A stretch of DNA of 58,450 bases, counting the filler, from Sphacelaria rigidula (taxonomy: Eukaryota): the NCBI GenBank assembly GCA_964200075.2. It is 3 parts of 3 records of this genome, joined end to end, with 100 filler letters (N's around TTAATTAATTAA, not from the genome) between each part and the next. Parts side by side here need not be neighbours in the genome. Positions count along the whole stretch, not along the records: positions 19,533 to 38,956 come from CAXNAA020000674.1; positions 39,057 to 58,450 come from CAXNAA020000675.1; 1 more part is not named here. The stretch is one strand, 5' to 3'. Both the position numbers and the translations under genes were made by a program. Numbering within the stretch: position 1 is the first letter of the stretch; each line of letters starts with the position of its first letter. The notes below the pieces were generated by a model. That model did no database searches and was not told where the DNA came from. It saw nothing but the letters and a program-made list of their open reading frames with translations. Of the stretch, positions 37,179-48,924 are shown piece after piece.

Positions 37179-37922
37179 GCTCGCGACGTGCGCATCTCAG
37201 AACTGGAAGCCCAAGCCACGACGCTCGCCGCCGCACGCGATCGCCTCGCCCGCTCCAAAGACGCCCTCGTTACTGACGCCTTCCGTTCTCAAGATCTCCT
37301 GAAAAGTGCGTCGGACAGACTGATGCGACTCCGCCAGCAGGCGCCGACGCCAGGACGGGGGCTCGATGGCAGCGGCGACGGCCACCGCCCAGGGCGAAGT
37401 GCTGTGAGTGTGGCACGCAGCGGCAGGAGTAACAACGACTGTGCTACTTCCGGTGCTGAACTGTTCCGTAACCCTCTCGTTGCCGGCGCCAGTACGGATG
37501 GTGATGCTGGTAATGGCGCCGGTAGGCTCGACGCCGGCAGGGGTGGTGTCACCGCTACTGCTGCTGCTGACCAACGCTTTCCAAACGGCAACAATCACGG
37601 CGGGAGGAGTGACGGTGCTAGCGAGAGAATCTCGGCGTCTGGGAGGGGCATTTCTTCCTCCTTTTACCCTCCGTTGTCTGTGTATTCATCCACCGAGTTC
37701 TATGGCAATGCCACGTCGACAGGGGCAACCGCCGCAGGCGATAGAGCAGACTCTGTGAACCTACGAGAGTCTATGCCGGGGTGGGTAGAAACTACCTGGC
37801 ACCCGGGTTCTCCTGGGCGAAGGGTATTCTTGCGGGACAGTGCCGGGGAGGAAAGGGGGGAAGGCGTGGGAGGGTCTGTTGGTGCAGCGATGGAGGTGCT
37901 CAGGGAGGTGGAAAGGATGCAG
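37179..37922 (+). CDS. Coiled-coil gene exon: end of the coil plus a G/S/A-rich disordered tail
   Basis: ctctctag| acceptor; strong donor CAG|gtgcgt at 37922 (read-through would stop at 37943). Confidence 0.8.
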
Positions 37923-38624
37923 GTGCGTTGCTGGGTGGTTTAGGTTTTTTTTAACGTCATGGAAAAATGGGTGGCAGGGGACCATATGATGAGCAATGTG
38001 TATGGTGAGTGCATATTGAGGACCTGGGAGATCGCTTCAATGGTTGGGCATATCGATGGGAAGAATATATTTTGGAGAGAAGCAGAAACGTAGGAAAATG
38101 AGGTATGGGGGTTACACCCGTCGATTTGGGGCAGGATGGATTGCTGATAGTCATGATCCAATCCACGAGCCCGAGATGCAAGGCGTGCACCGGGGGGAGA
38201 TGGATTGATCCCTTGGCACCACGAATTCTTCCCGTGGAAGGAGAGCGGTTGAAATTGTGCCTTGAAGAAAACTCGTAAGCCTGTACCCTCCGGGAAGTTA
38301 TTTTGGCGTAGCTGCTGGTGTTTGTCGGTGCGGTCTGTTCGCAGAATAGATGCAAGTTTACTCGTTAAGCGAATATCATATTTGAGTTCCATGCCCCCGC
38401 CCCCCTGATTTACAGAACACATACAACGGGCATGTTCTGTCATTGTTGAATGCAGGCGAGCACGTCCGGCAGATTCTTGTAATGTGCGTTCATACCTTTG
38501 CTGTTGTCCCTGCGTTCGAACTGGACCACAAACCATACGTCCCGACCTTTGCTTTCCCCATCATTCATGTCTGTAGTTGCTCGTCATTTTGTTCATAACG
38601 CCGTATTCATTCGGTGTTGTTTTG

Positions 38625-38956
38625 TTGTTGTGTTGTCGTCCCATCTATTCTGGACGCCGGTCTACACCTTCCGGTATTTGTGGGCGCACCAGCTGGGGTC
38701 ACACAGGAGGAAGCACAACACATGATTTATGTATTTTTTTAGTACTCCACCTTCCTTCTGTGGTGCTTGCCTTCACTTTTTATCGCGAGAGGAATCCAGC
38801 AGTCCCTGTCCCTACTCGACCGTGAAGTCGAATTTTGTGTACCCACGACGTATTCGCTCTTCACTGTTCGGCATGGTGTGAGAAAAAATCCCAGATCGCT
38901 CCGAGATTTGAACCCACAACCTAACCGTCAGAAGGTTTCGAAGTTACCAACTGAGC
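38625..38956 (-). mobile_element. tRNA-derived SINE (5' end at the gap); a body fragment recurs at about 54300-54490 in the opposite orientation
   Basis: Minus strand GCTCAGTTGG (A box) ... GGTTCAAATC (B box); body agaaggaaggtggagtacta...aaggtgtagaccggcgtccaga shared with 54345-54465. Confidence 0.75.
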
Positions 38957-39056
38957 NNNNNNNNNNNNNNNNNNNNNNNNNNNNNNNNNNNNNNNNNNNN
39001 TTAATTAATTAANNNNNNNNNNNNNNNNNNNNNNNNNNNNNNNNNNNNNNNNNNNN
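38957..39056. other. Scaffold gap with artificial spacer
   Basis: 44 N + TTAATTAATTAA + 44 N. Confidence 0.95.
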
Positions 39057-39235
39057 CGATCGCGTAGATACTTTTTCAGCGCATTTTACCGACTCTGTGA
39101 GCTTACAGCGCTGACCGAAACTGCTGTTTTCCCTGATATCACCCCCTCTAAAAAATAAGTAGAAATGGCGGTTTCAGACAGCGCTGTAAGCCCACAGAGT
39201 CGATAAAATGCGCTGAAGAAGTATCTACGCGATCG
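39057..39235. repeat. Near-perfect hairpin (arms about 70 bp)
   Basis: cgatcgcgtagatactttttcagcgcattttaccgactctgtgagcttacagcgctg pairs with cagcgctgtaagcccacagagtcgataaaatgcgctgaagaagtatctacgcgatcg. Confidence 0.9.
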
Positions 39236-39339
39236 AGGGGCATTAGGCCGACAAAACAGTCATTGGGCTCCATCGCTGAAAGCGTGGAGAAAGTACTGTT
39301 TTGAGCTCGAAACTCATTTCATTGATGAACCTCATTTTA

Positions 39340-41305
39340 TAGAATCCTCTGTTATTTGACGCTCCAGCATCTCAACCTGCACCAGCAGACTCGTGAAATG
39401 GGTGCCAGAATCCAACACAGACCGAACCACAATGGCTCCACGCCGCCGTTGATTCGGAAGACATAACTCAGCAGGAATGTATCTGTCGGCAAGCTTCACG
39501 GGAACTTCTTCCACCGACCGATGCGCCGCTAATCCCACTTGACGCCACGGCTTCGCAAGCTGCACAGGCGAAGACGCCCCGGCAGGTTCAAACGGCACCG
39601 CCGGCGGGTACGTCCCCCAGCCAGCAAACCGATAATTTGGCGAACCTCCGACCAACCCATCAACAGGCGTCGCGCCTGGCACTGATGCCAGTGTCGCCGT
39701 CTGCGCCACCACCGGCGCCGGCGCAGTGTTCGACTCTGTAGAAGTCGGCCTCACCTGCACCGCCCGTTGCGGAGCAGCAGCACCTACGGCGGCGCCGGAC
39801 CCAGACCCAGGTCCATGCTGACGCCGCTGACCCTGCTGCTGCTGATTCTGCTACCGCTGCGACTGCTGCTGAGGGCTCGCCTGCGACCCTCCATCGCCGG
39901 AGGATCCGCCGCCGCCACCAGGATTACCTCGTCTTTTGCTCTTGTGCTGACGATGCTGATGGCGCGCGGCACTAGACAGCTCAGACTCTCCACCGAAAGA
40001 TGCTGGGCAATCGCGCGCGTAATGGCCGACCTGGCCACAGCGGTGGCAAGTAATACTCACGGCGCGACAGGCCGATTTCGAGCCATGGTTGCGCAAAGAT
40101 TTTGGCGAAAAGGTGGACGACTAGCCGAACACCTCTATTTTCCGCCACTCCTTGGCGTCGACCACGACGGTGCTCATCACCAGGTATGGGTCGGCCTTCC
40201 AGTCTGTTTGGTGTTGCAGCTTGACAAAAACGGCTTGCTTTAATTTTTCCGGTGCCAACCCCTCCACCAAAGCCTTAGTGATTACTGCTGCCGGGCCGGG
40301 AATAAATTCACCATCGGGGGAACGATATACTAGTTCTACGTTCGGATTTTCCGTGAAGCACTTCTCCAAATTGACCAAGATGGGCTCCACACGTTCCAAC
40401 ATCGTTTTCCCCCGATAATCCATGGCGACAGCTTTCGCCACGGCCGCGGACGATTGCGTCAGATCTACCTCGGCGCCCGCCGCATGCCCAGCATGCTTTT
40501 TGATCGCCGCAACCGATTGAGGGGGGGTGATTGTGCTCTCATTATGTTCTAAACGAGCAAACACTCTCTGTACATGAGTTGGCACTTGTTGAGCCATTGT
40601 CACCACCTGATACCGCACGGCACCCCCTGCATTAGCGTGCTCCACACGCTTCTTGTACTCAAAGTATTTTGTCTAAAAAGTGCGAGATGTACTCTCTGAG
40701 TACCTGTCCCCGTGTTGGGGAGATTGCAATTCTTCCCGCATGACCACGGGTGTCACGGTGGATGTATCTCGTGAGCCGGTAGCCATAGCTGTAGCTGGAA
40801 CCGGCTACATGCGAACCTTTGCAGGTCAGCGGATCTTCGCGAATTGCACTTTCCTTGCTTCGTCGCCGCACCACACAGTCATAGGAGCCTCCAAACTCCC
40901 GCTGCACGCAGCTTCAGCAAGTTTCCAGTCTTGATCAATCCCAGGCCAGCCGCCTTTCTGCAGTCTCCTCAGCTGGAACCCTCTACACGCGTCCGTGGAT
41001 TGTCACGTTTTTTTACCAGACTCCTTCCGCCGAATTCCTTTCCAGCAGATTTCTAGCACTAACACTAGCACTAATATCGATAGTGTGACGCCAGCCAGTG
41101 GAAGAACTGCTGGATCACTGCCGTTGAGGGACGCCCCAGTCTCACTGGTCTCAACTTCAGTTGTCAGCCTCTACAACATTCTCATAAACTCCTGACACGC
41201 CAGGGCATCAACTTAGTGTCTCCGGTCATTATCCAGATCTTCACTACCAACGGTCGTTATCCAGATCATCACCATCAACCCAACGTAACGGCGATTTTCG
41301 TCACA
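39340..41305 (-). mobile_element. 3'-truncated Ty3/gypsy LTR retrotransposon (5' LTR 41084-41305, gag, protease)
   Basis: LTR bounded TGTGACG...CGTCACA; gag with zinc knuckle CHRCGQVGHYARDC; protease VLDSGT; same family as 43885-48560. Confidence 0.85.
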
Positions 41306-43048
41306 GAGGTCACAAAAAGGCTGAAACAATCTCGAGTAGTATAGTACCAGAAGGAGTTTATGTGATCTCAGCAAAATGGGTTTTAGTTGGAAAACCGACG
41401 CCGATGGTACCGTAAAAAAGGCAAAGGCTAGGCGGGTAGCGCGAGGATTTGGACAACGTTTCGCGGTCGACTAATTCGAGACTTTCGCGGCCACGCCCTC
41501 CACAGCCTCCATTAAACTGGTCATGGCATTGACAGTTCAGGAAGAGTGACCGTTGCACCATTTCGACGTAACACAGGCTTTTGTCCAAGCGAAGATGGAC
41601 ACTGACGTGTACATGAGGCTGCCTGAAGGTTGCTGAGGTCTGACAGACATGACCGTTAAGCTCGAAAAATCCATTTATGGGATCACGCAAGCAGGCAGGC
41701 AGTGGTCACGACTTCTGTGCCAAACTTTATTGGAGGATGTCGGCATAGTACAGTGTGAGGCTGACCCTTGTGTTTTCAAGATGGAGGATGCAGGAGAGGT
41801 GCGTGTAATTTTGGTCGACCACGTGGATGGCATTCTGGTCTGTGCTGAGGAAAATGTGCGAAAGGTAGGCAAAGTTCTGAACGGCAAGTTCCCCACAAAC
41901 AATCTCGGAGAGGTCACATGGTACACGGGGTGTGCGGTGAACAGGGATTGGGATGGAGGCACGCAGTCGTTGACGCAAACTACGTTCACGGACACGCTTC
42001 TCAAGCGTTTTGAGGTGAGGGGACACCCAGAAAATCTTGCCTCTGTTTATGTTAAGTTGGGGCCGACAACGGGCGAAGACGCGGTGGTGAATTGTGCATA
42101 CCGTGACGCGGTGCGGAGGCTGATGTGGCTGGTAACAGTCACTAGATCAGGCGTCGCAAATGCAGTACGAGCCCTCGCTCGCCAGTCACACGATCCGTGT
42201 GAGAGGCAATGGGAAGCAGTAGTAAGGGTACTGAAGGATCTCATTAGGACGAAGGAATTTGGACTTACGTTCAAGAGAGATCGCGACAGGCCTTCAGTTT
42301 ACTGTGACGCAGACTACGCTAGAAAGGACACAGATAGACGTTTAGTCTCGGGGGTAGCTGTGATGTATGGTGGTGGGGTAGTGTCGGCAATGAGTCGCAA
42401 ACAACACTATGTGGCTCTATCAGCCACGGAGGCGGAGTATGTCGCAATGGCCGAGAGGGCAAAAGGGGGACTGTTTGTGAAGGCAGTGTTGACGTTTTTG
42501 TGACCTCAGACTGACTGTGTCGGGATGTGGGGAGGACCACGGTATTGTCTTGTACGAGGACAACGAGGGAGCTAAGGCTTTGGCCAAAAACCCCTTCAAT
42601 TCTGAAAGGAGTAAGCACGTCGATGTGAGGTATCACTTCATTCGAGAGCTGGTGGGAACGGGAAAGATCAGAGCCGTGCATGCAGATTCAGGATGGCAGT
42701 ATGCCGATATTTTGACGAAGCCTCTCTCGATCAACTTGTTTGCGAGGCGCAGACGGTTTTGACGAATTCGGAAGGTGATAAGTAGAAATGGTTTTATGTG
42801 TACCCTTGTTGTGCTAGCTCCGGGCATTTTCAGGTTTTTGTACTGCATTTATACGCATGCTGACTTGAGTCACCTACGCTTCTTTGAGGAACATGGGTTT
42901 TGTAGGGCGCGTCCTGAAATAATGTGTATGTGCTTTGACCGGCGTCCATGGATTCTCTAGATAGAGCACAACAAGCAGTTCAGGGAATGGGGGTTTTGCT
43001 CGGATGGCCAAGCTTCCTCCTTTTATTTGTGCGTGTGTGTGTGTGTGT

Positions 43049-43098
<50 letters not shown>

Positions 43099-43400
43099 TA
43101 ACGACTGATGTGCTAGTTTAGAGGGGGTGTTCATATGAGCAGGTACACTGAGTGAACATGTACATGTGCAGATAGATTTATGCTGACGCACGGGCGCTGG
43201 TATATTCGAGTGTGTGTGACTGCAGCACCATGCTCGGACCAGCAGCGTCGCTGCTACTAGCCCTCACTCTTCATCTGATCCCTCATTTCGAGGTTCGACT
43301 CTGTCAAGGCACTCTCCAAGAATACAAAAGATTAAACTATATATATATATATATATATTCTTCGCCACGGACCACGGAATACTCGTAAGGCCTAACCCTT
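41306..43400 (+). mobile_element. Decayed Ty1/copia 3' half (RT, RNase H, PPT, 3' LTR from 43128; LTR end uncertain)
   Basis: KARRVARGF, FDVTQAFVQ, KSIYGITQAGRQW, HVDG, YCDADYA, LSATEAEYVA, SKHVDVRYHFIRE, ADILTKPL; in-frame stops; agaggggg|TG. Confidence 0.92.
43033..43095. repeat. (GT)n(GA)n compound microsatellite
   Basis: Directly visible. Confidence 0.95.
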
Positions 43401-43884
43401 GCCGATTGTTCAATATGCCGGATCTTCTCACCCCCGGTGTTTTACCCTGTGCGTCAACGACTGCCGACAGCCATTAATTACACGAACGCTCGGCCTGGGC
43501 CAAATCCTAAATACTGGCGTGGCGTATGCGTCGGCTTCATATTTTTTACTAAACAAAGTCAACCGTAGGGGGCTTTGTTTGAATAACGCACGTCCCCTGC
43601 CACCTATAGCATACAAGAAACGTACTAACCGACTCCACGGTGGTTTTATGCATATGTGTACAGCCATTAGCATTGCTTTGATTGATGAGGTCGCCAAGCA
43701 TCATACCCTCTTCGAAATCAACTTGGCAATGACTACTGACAGCCATCACGCAAACGCTCGGCCTCGGCCAAATCGCACCTGATGGGGTGGCGCGTGTATT
43801 GACTTCTCACACTTGACTGAACAAGCCGAACACAATAACCTGCCCTAAAACCAAGTGCACATAGGACGGGCAATAAACGCGTAC

Positions 43885-46800
43885 TGTGACGAAAATACGC
43901 CGTTACGTTGAGTTGGTAGTGATGATATGGATAATGACTGGGGGCACGGGGATTCTGGAGGGTTCTAGACAATGACCGGGGACACGAAGATGGTACCTGC
44001 GGGTTTAGAAAGCTGGTGCCTTGGAAGGTCACTCCATGATAATGATGATGTTGTAAAGGCTGACAACTGAAGCTGGGGCCAGTAAGACTGGGGAGTCTCT
44101 CAACAGCAGTGATGCACCAGTCCTTCCTCTGGCTGGCTTAACAATATCGGTATTAGTGCTGGTGTTAGTGCTAGAAACCTGCTGAAAAGGATTTCGGCGG
44201 AGGAGTTTGGCAGCGGTGTAAAACCTGATAACACACGGACGCGTGGAGAGGGTTCCAGCTGAGGAGACTGCAGAAAAGCGGCTGGCCTGTGATTGATCAA
44301 GACTGAGGACTCGCTGGAGCTGCGTGCAGCGGGACTTTGAAGGCTCCTGCGACTGTGTGGTGCGGCGACGAAGAAAGGAAGTGTGCAATTCGCGAAAGTC
44401 CGCTGGCGTGTGAAAGTTCGCAGGTGGCTGGTTGCAGCTACGGCGACCGGTTCGCAAGATACGTCCAGCGTGATGCCCGTGATCATGCGGGAAGAGTTGC
44501 GACCTCCCCAATACGGAGATAGGTACTCAGAGAGTGCATCTCGCACTTTTTATACGAAATACTTTGAGTACAAGAAGCGTGTGAAGCACGCTAACGCAGG
44601 GGGTGCTGAGCAGTATCAGGTGGTGTCAATGGCTGAACAAGTGCCAACCCATGTGCAGAGAGTGTTCGCTCGTTTGGAGTATGAAAAGAGCACAATTACC
44701 CCGCCACAATTGGTTGAGGCGATCAAAAAGCATGCTGGGCATGCGGCGGGCACTTGCCACTGTTGTGGCCAGGTCGGCCATCACGCGCGCGATTGCCCAA
44801 CGCCTTCCGGTGCAGAGTCTGGGTAGTCTCATGCCGCGCGCCATCAGCATCGTCAGCATAAGGGCAAAAGACGAGGTAATCGGGGTGGTGGCGGCGGCGT
44901 ATCCTCCGGCGATGGAGGGTCGCAGTCAAGTTCTCAGCAGCAGCAGCAGCAGCAGCAGCGATGGCGGCATGAGCAGCGTCGTCAGCATGGGCCTGATTCT
45001 GGGTCCGGCGCCGCCGGAGGTGCTGCTGCACCGCAACGGGCGGGGCAGGTGGGGCCGACTTTGATAGTGTCGAACACGGAGCCGGCGCCGATGGTGGCGC
45101 CGGTCGCGACACCGGCAGCAGTGCCAGGCACAACGCCTGCCGACGCACCGGTCGAAGGTTCGCCAGATTCTTGGTCTGCTGGCTGGGGACATACCCGTCG
45201 GCGGTGCTGTTTGAATCTGCCGGGGCGTCTTCGCCTGCGCAGCTTGCACAGTCGTGACGTCAAGTAAGATTAGCGGGGTATCGATCGGCGGTTTAAGTGG
45301 AAGTGGAGTTTGCGCACAAATACGTTCCTGCGGAGCTATGTCTTCCGAATCAACGGGAGCGTGGAGCCATTGCGGCTCGGGGTAAGCGGGATTCTGGCGC
45401 CCACTGGACGGGTCATGTGAGTCTGTCGGTACAGATTGTAGAGATGGTGGAGCGTCTTCTCCCGGGTGTGCCGCCGGGCCGCGGCGGGCCGCCACCGCGT
45501 CGGGTCAGCATGTTTACGTCAAAGAGCGTACTGTTCCGCTGCAGCTGACTTTCACGACTTCCTGGCGGCCGGCGCAGCTGCCTCCAATCTCGTTTGCGAT
45601 CATGCCGGGGTTGGATGGCGTTATTTTTCTGGGATTACCGACGCCTCAGGATCTTGGATTCGACGCTCGGCGGTTGTTGGACTCCATCGAGACGCGGATG
45701 TCTCCGCCTGGTCCGCGCTTGAAGACACCCGCCGTTTTAGGCAGTCGTCGCGTGAGTTTGTCGGTGGATGCTTTTCAGGAGGCTGGGGGGCAGGTGACCG
45801 AGGAGCGGGATGCGGCGGTGGAACGCTGCGTAGAGCGCGGCCCGGACATGTTAATGATTCAGGCGGAAGAGGAGCCTGCTCGGATAGTCGCGCTGAAGGA
45901 GAGCGTGGCGGATGCTGGGGCGACAGGCCTCAGCGTGTCAAAAGCGGAACGCCGGCGCGGCATATTGCATTGCCGCGTCAACGCGTTTCGTCGCGCGCTG
46001 CGAGGTGATCCCCCTGCGCGCGTGGAGCCCATGCGTGTTCAGCTAAAACCTGGGGCGTCCGCGGCGAGGACGAAGCCGCGGCGGTACGATCCAGCGAAGT
46101 CGAGTTGGTTGGCGTCGTGCATGACGGCTCTTTTGGCGCTTGGATTGGTAGTACGGAATTTGCAGGCGGGGTGGTCCACTCCAGATAGCGCGTTTCCGAA
46201 GAAGTCTGCATTGTGGACGTAAGGCAGGCTGCGGCCGTGGGCGGCAGCGACGGATCTGGCGGCTCATGCCGTGACGCTGTTTCATTCTCGTCCTGATTGT
46301 CAGGTGCTAATGATTCCGGATGCATCTGAGTGCCATTGGGGTAATTTGGTCATGCAGGTGCCTACAGTTGAAATGCAAATGCCTGTGCGCGCTGTGGCTG
46401 TGTATGGTCCGTGTGGACCTGATGACTCTATGCCGTCCAAATCTGTTGTCCGCCAAGCGCAACGAAAAGACCTTGGGGTCGAAGATGCGGATGTGCAATC
46501 TTTCGAGTTGGATGGACCAATGCTACGATAGGGGTTGTACTTTTTGTTGCTGGGTCTTGTTTTTGTAGGAGCCCAAATATATGGGGCTTACTGTGCAACC
46601 CAAATCTCCGGGGACAGGACATGTAGATGTACACAGGGGTCTTTTCGTGAATCGGCATCATTTTCATTTTTTTCCTAGTAAATTTTGATGCCGATTCTCA
46701 AATTGATGCTTGCAACATCCCGAGAAACATTTTCGCTCAAAAAGTGCAACCCTACCGTAGCATCACTCGATGTTGGTACTGCTATCTTGGACAATGACGG

Positions 46801-48560
46801 TCTGTTTCGTGTGCATGTGTGCGTGGCCGAAACGTTTTGTGGATTCCGAGTTATGACAAGCAGTTGCAGGTACGTCTAATTTTTTGCGCGCACACGCACG
46901 ACGCCGGGCATCGTGGTGTGGCTGCGACGCTCATACGCTTGCAAGATTTTTGTGTCTGGCAGGGGATAGAAACTCATGCGCGCGACTTTGTCCGCCAGTG
47001 TCTTCACTGTGCTGACTCGAGGGCGGGCGATGTTGTTCCTCGCCTGCTCGGCGAAACGGCCCATGACACCACACCGAATGAAGTCGCTCATTTTGACTTC
47101 TTGTACGTGGGCGAGGGTGACCCGCTAGCTTCCCAAGGTTTATCGGAGGATGCTGGGTTTCGATACATTTTGGTAATCAAGGGTCATTTGAGCAACTTCG
47201 TGGCTCTGGAACCAGTAGCAGTGTGTACTGCTGAATCGACCGCTGCATCTTTGCTGAATTGGTTCAAAACTTCGGGGGTGCCGCGTGTGTGTGTGTGAGT
47301 GATACCGCCACGCATTTCAAGAATGCGATCTTGGTCCGATTGTGAGAGACTTTGCGCGTTGATCACCAGTTTACGGTAGCGTATTCTCCGCGGTCTAACG
47401 GCACGTGCGAACGCATGGTCAAGGGAGTAGATCGTGCCCTTCGCTCCATTCTTCTCGAGCAGCGTAAAGCGGTTTCCGAGTGGGTGGACGTGTCGCCGGC
47501 GGTGCAATGGGCGATTAATACAGCGTATCGTTGTCGTTACGATAGTACGCCGTACCACGTGATGTTTGGTCGTGCTCCTCGGACGTTTTTCTCGGTGCTG
47601 GCGTCTTCGTCGGCGGGGGAATGGAAATGTGATGTTCTGGACGATGTTCAAATAAGCGTGCATTGCATGGAGTCTTGGACTTGCAAGAACATTTCCACGT
47701 TCAAGTGCAGGGACGTGTTGCCGCTGAACGTGCGCGTAGACGTGAGGGGTCCTCGTCGGGGCTTGAACTGCCAAAATTTGCGGTAGGCGACTATGTCTTG
47801 TGTGCACGCGTGCGTCGTCCGGGTGTTACGCCCAAGTTGATGGCGACGTGGACTGGTCCATGGAGAGTGGTTGGTGCTCACCACCCGCACCTGTTTGAGA
47901 TTCGAAACATTGTTTTGGGTCGTGTTCAGACCGCCCATGTATGTATCTCGTTTGCGTTTTTATGCAGACTCGCAGCTTAATGTTACGGCTGACGTTGAGG
48001 ACGTGTTCCACGATGCTTTCAATCAGGGGCAATCTCAGATGGCTGATATTGTCCGAGTGGGAGAAGCAGACGATCGTTCGTTGATCGTGTTGGTCGACTG
48101 GGTTGGTTTCGAAGTCGAGGAGCGTACGTGAGAGCCTTTCAAGGATATTTCTGAGGCCGCTCCGGAATTTCTTACGAAGTTGCGTAAATTGCACGTGACT
48201 CGCGTCGTTACTGTTGCATTTCGAGTGAGTTTGGCATTCAGGTGTGACTTACTCATCGTTTTGGCGTCTTCCATGTGTCAAGCTTGTTCATCGACCTTCG
48301 TCCAACGCGCTTTGGGTGTGCTGTGACGAAAATACGTGGTTACTACGTTGAGTTGGTAGTGATGATCTGGATAATGACTGGGGGCACGGGGATTCTGGAG
48401 GGTTTTGGACAATGACCAGGGACACGGAGATGGTACCTGCGGGTCTACAAAAAAATCTGGGGCCGTGGAAGGTCACGCCATGAGAATGATGTTGTAAAGG
48501 CTGACAATTGACTGAAACTGAGGCCATCAAGACTGGGGAGTCCTTGTGGCTGGCGTGACA
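43885..48560 (+). mobile_element. Ty3/gypsy LTR retrotransposon with both ends but decayed; chromovirus-like
   Basis: LTRs 43885-44143 and 48322-48560 (TG...CA); GTAC target duplication on both sides; gag CHCCGQVGHHARDC, protease DSGA, RT start, RNase H DAS, integrase H..GH...C..C, HFDFL, SNGTCER, TGPWRV, then a chromodomain-like VLVDWVGFE; most of RT is deleted. Confidence 0.92.
46526..46757. mobile_element. Tc1/mariner-type MITE nested in the gypsy pol region
   Basis: TA|CGATAGGGGTTGTACTTTTT ... AAAAAGTGCAACCCTACCG|TA; removing it restores the frame LDGPML-ASLDVG. Confidence 0.8.
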
Positions 48561-48810
48561 GTACTCAATGAAATGGCGGCAAGTTTTGATCCATGTTCGG
48601 CAAGTGCTGTGTACCAAAAGTTGGAATTTCCTTCAAGAATAGAGCGCTTCCAGTCACTCATCTTCTCGTTGTATGCTAGTGTGCGGTATGATGGGGGGGG
48701 CGTATGCCGTTGTCATCCACCATTACGTTTTTTCACGTTGTGTGATGATCATGTGCCTCTTCAAATTCAAACTCATCTCAACAGTTTTTTTTCAATCTGT
48801 TCGTATCCAG

Positions 48811-48924
48811 GGATATGCCTCCCTTCCCCAGCCAATTGACACGAATCTCTCCATTGGCCACCCGAATTCGTCGAGTCCGCGAATGCCGCATGTCTTCAAC
48901 AACAACGATGTTCGTGAGATTTGA
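48811..48924 (+). CDS. Candidate terminal exon of the coiled-coil gene (GYASLPQP...DVREI*)
   Basis: Pyrimidine tract plus tatccag| acceptor, phase 0 compatible with the 37922 donor, ends in TGA; the link crosses a scaffold gap and is inferred. Confidence 0.4.
   Translation, partial: GYASLPQPIDTNLSIGHPNSSSPRMPHVFNNNDVREI

Noticed and set aside
38880..38956. tRNA-like sequence on the minus strand (also about 14200-14260)
   Set aside because: Has A/B boxes but no intact cloverleaf; at 38880 it continues into a repeated body, so it is treated as a SINE head
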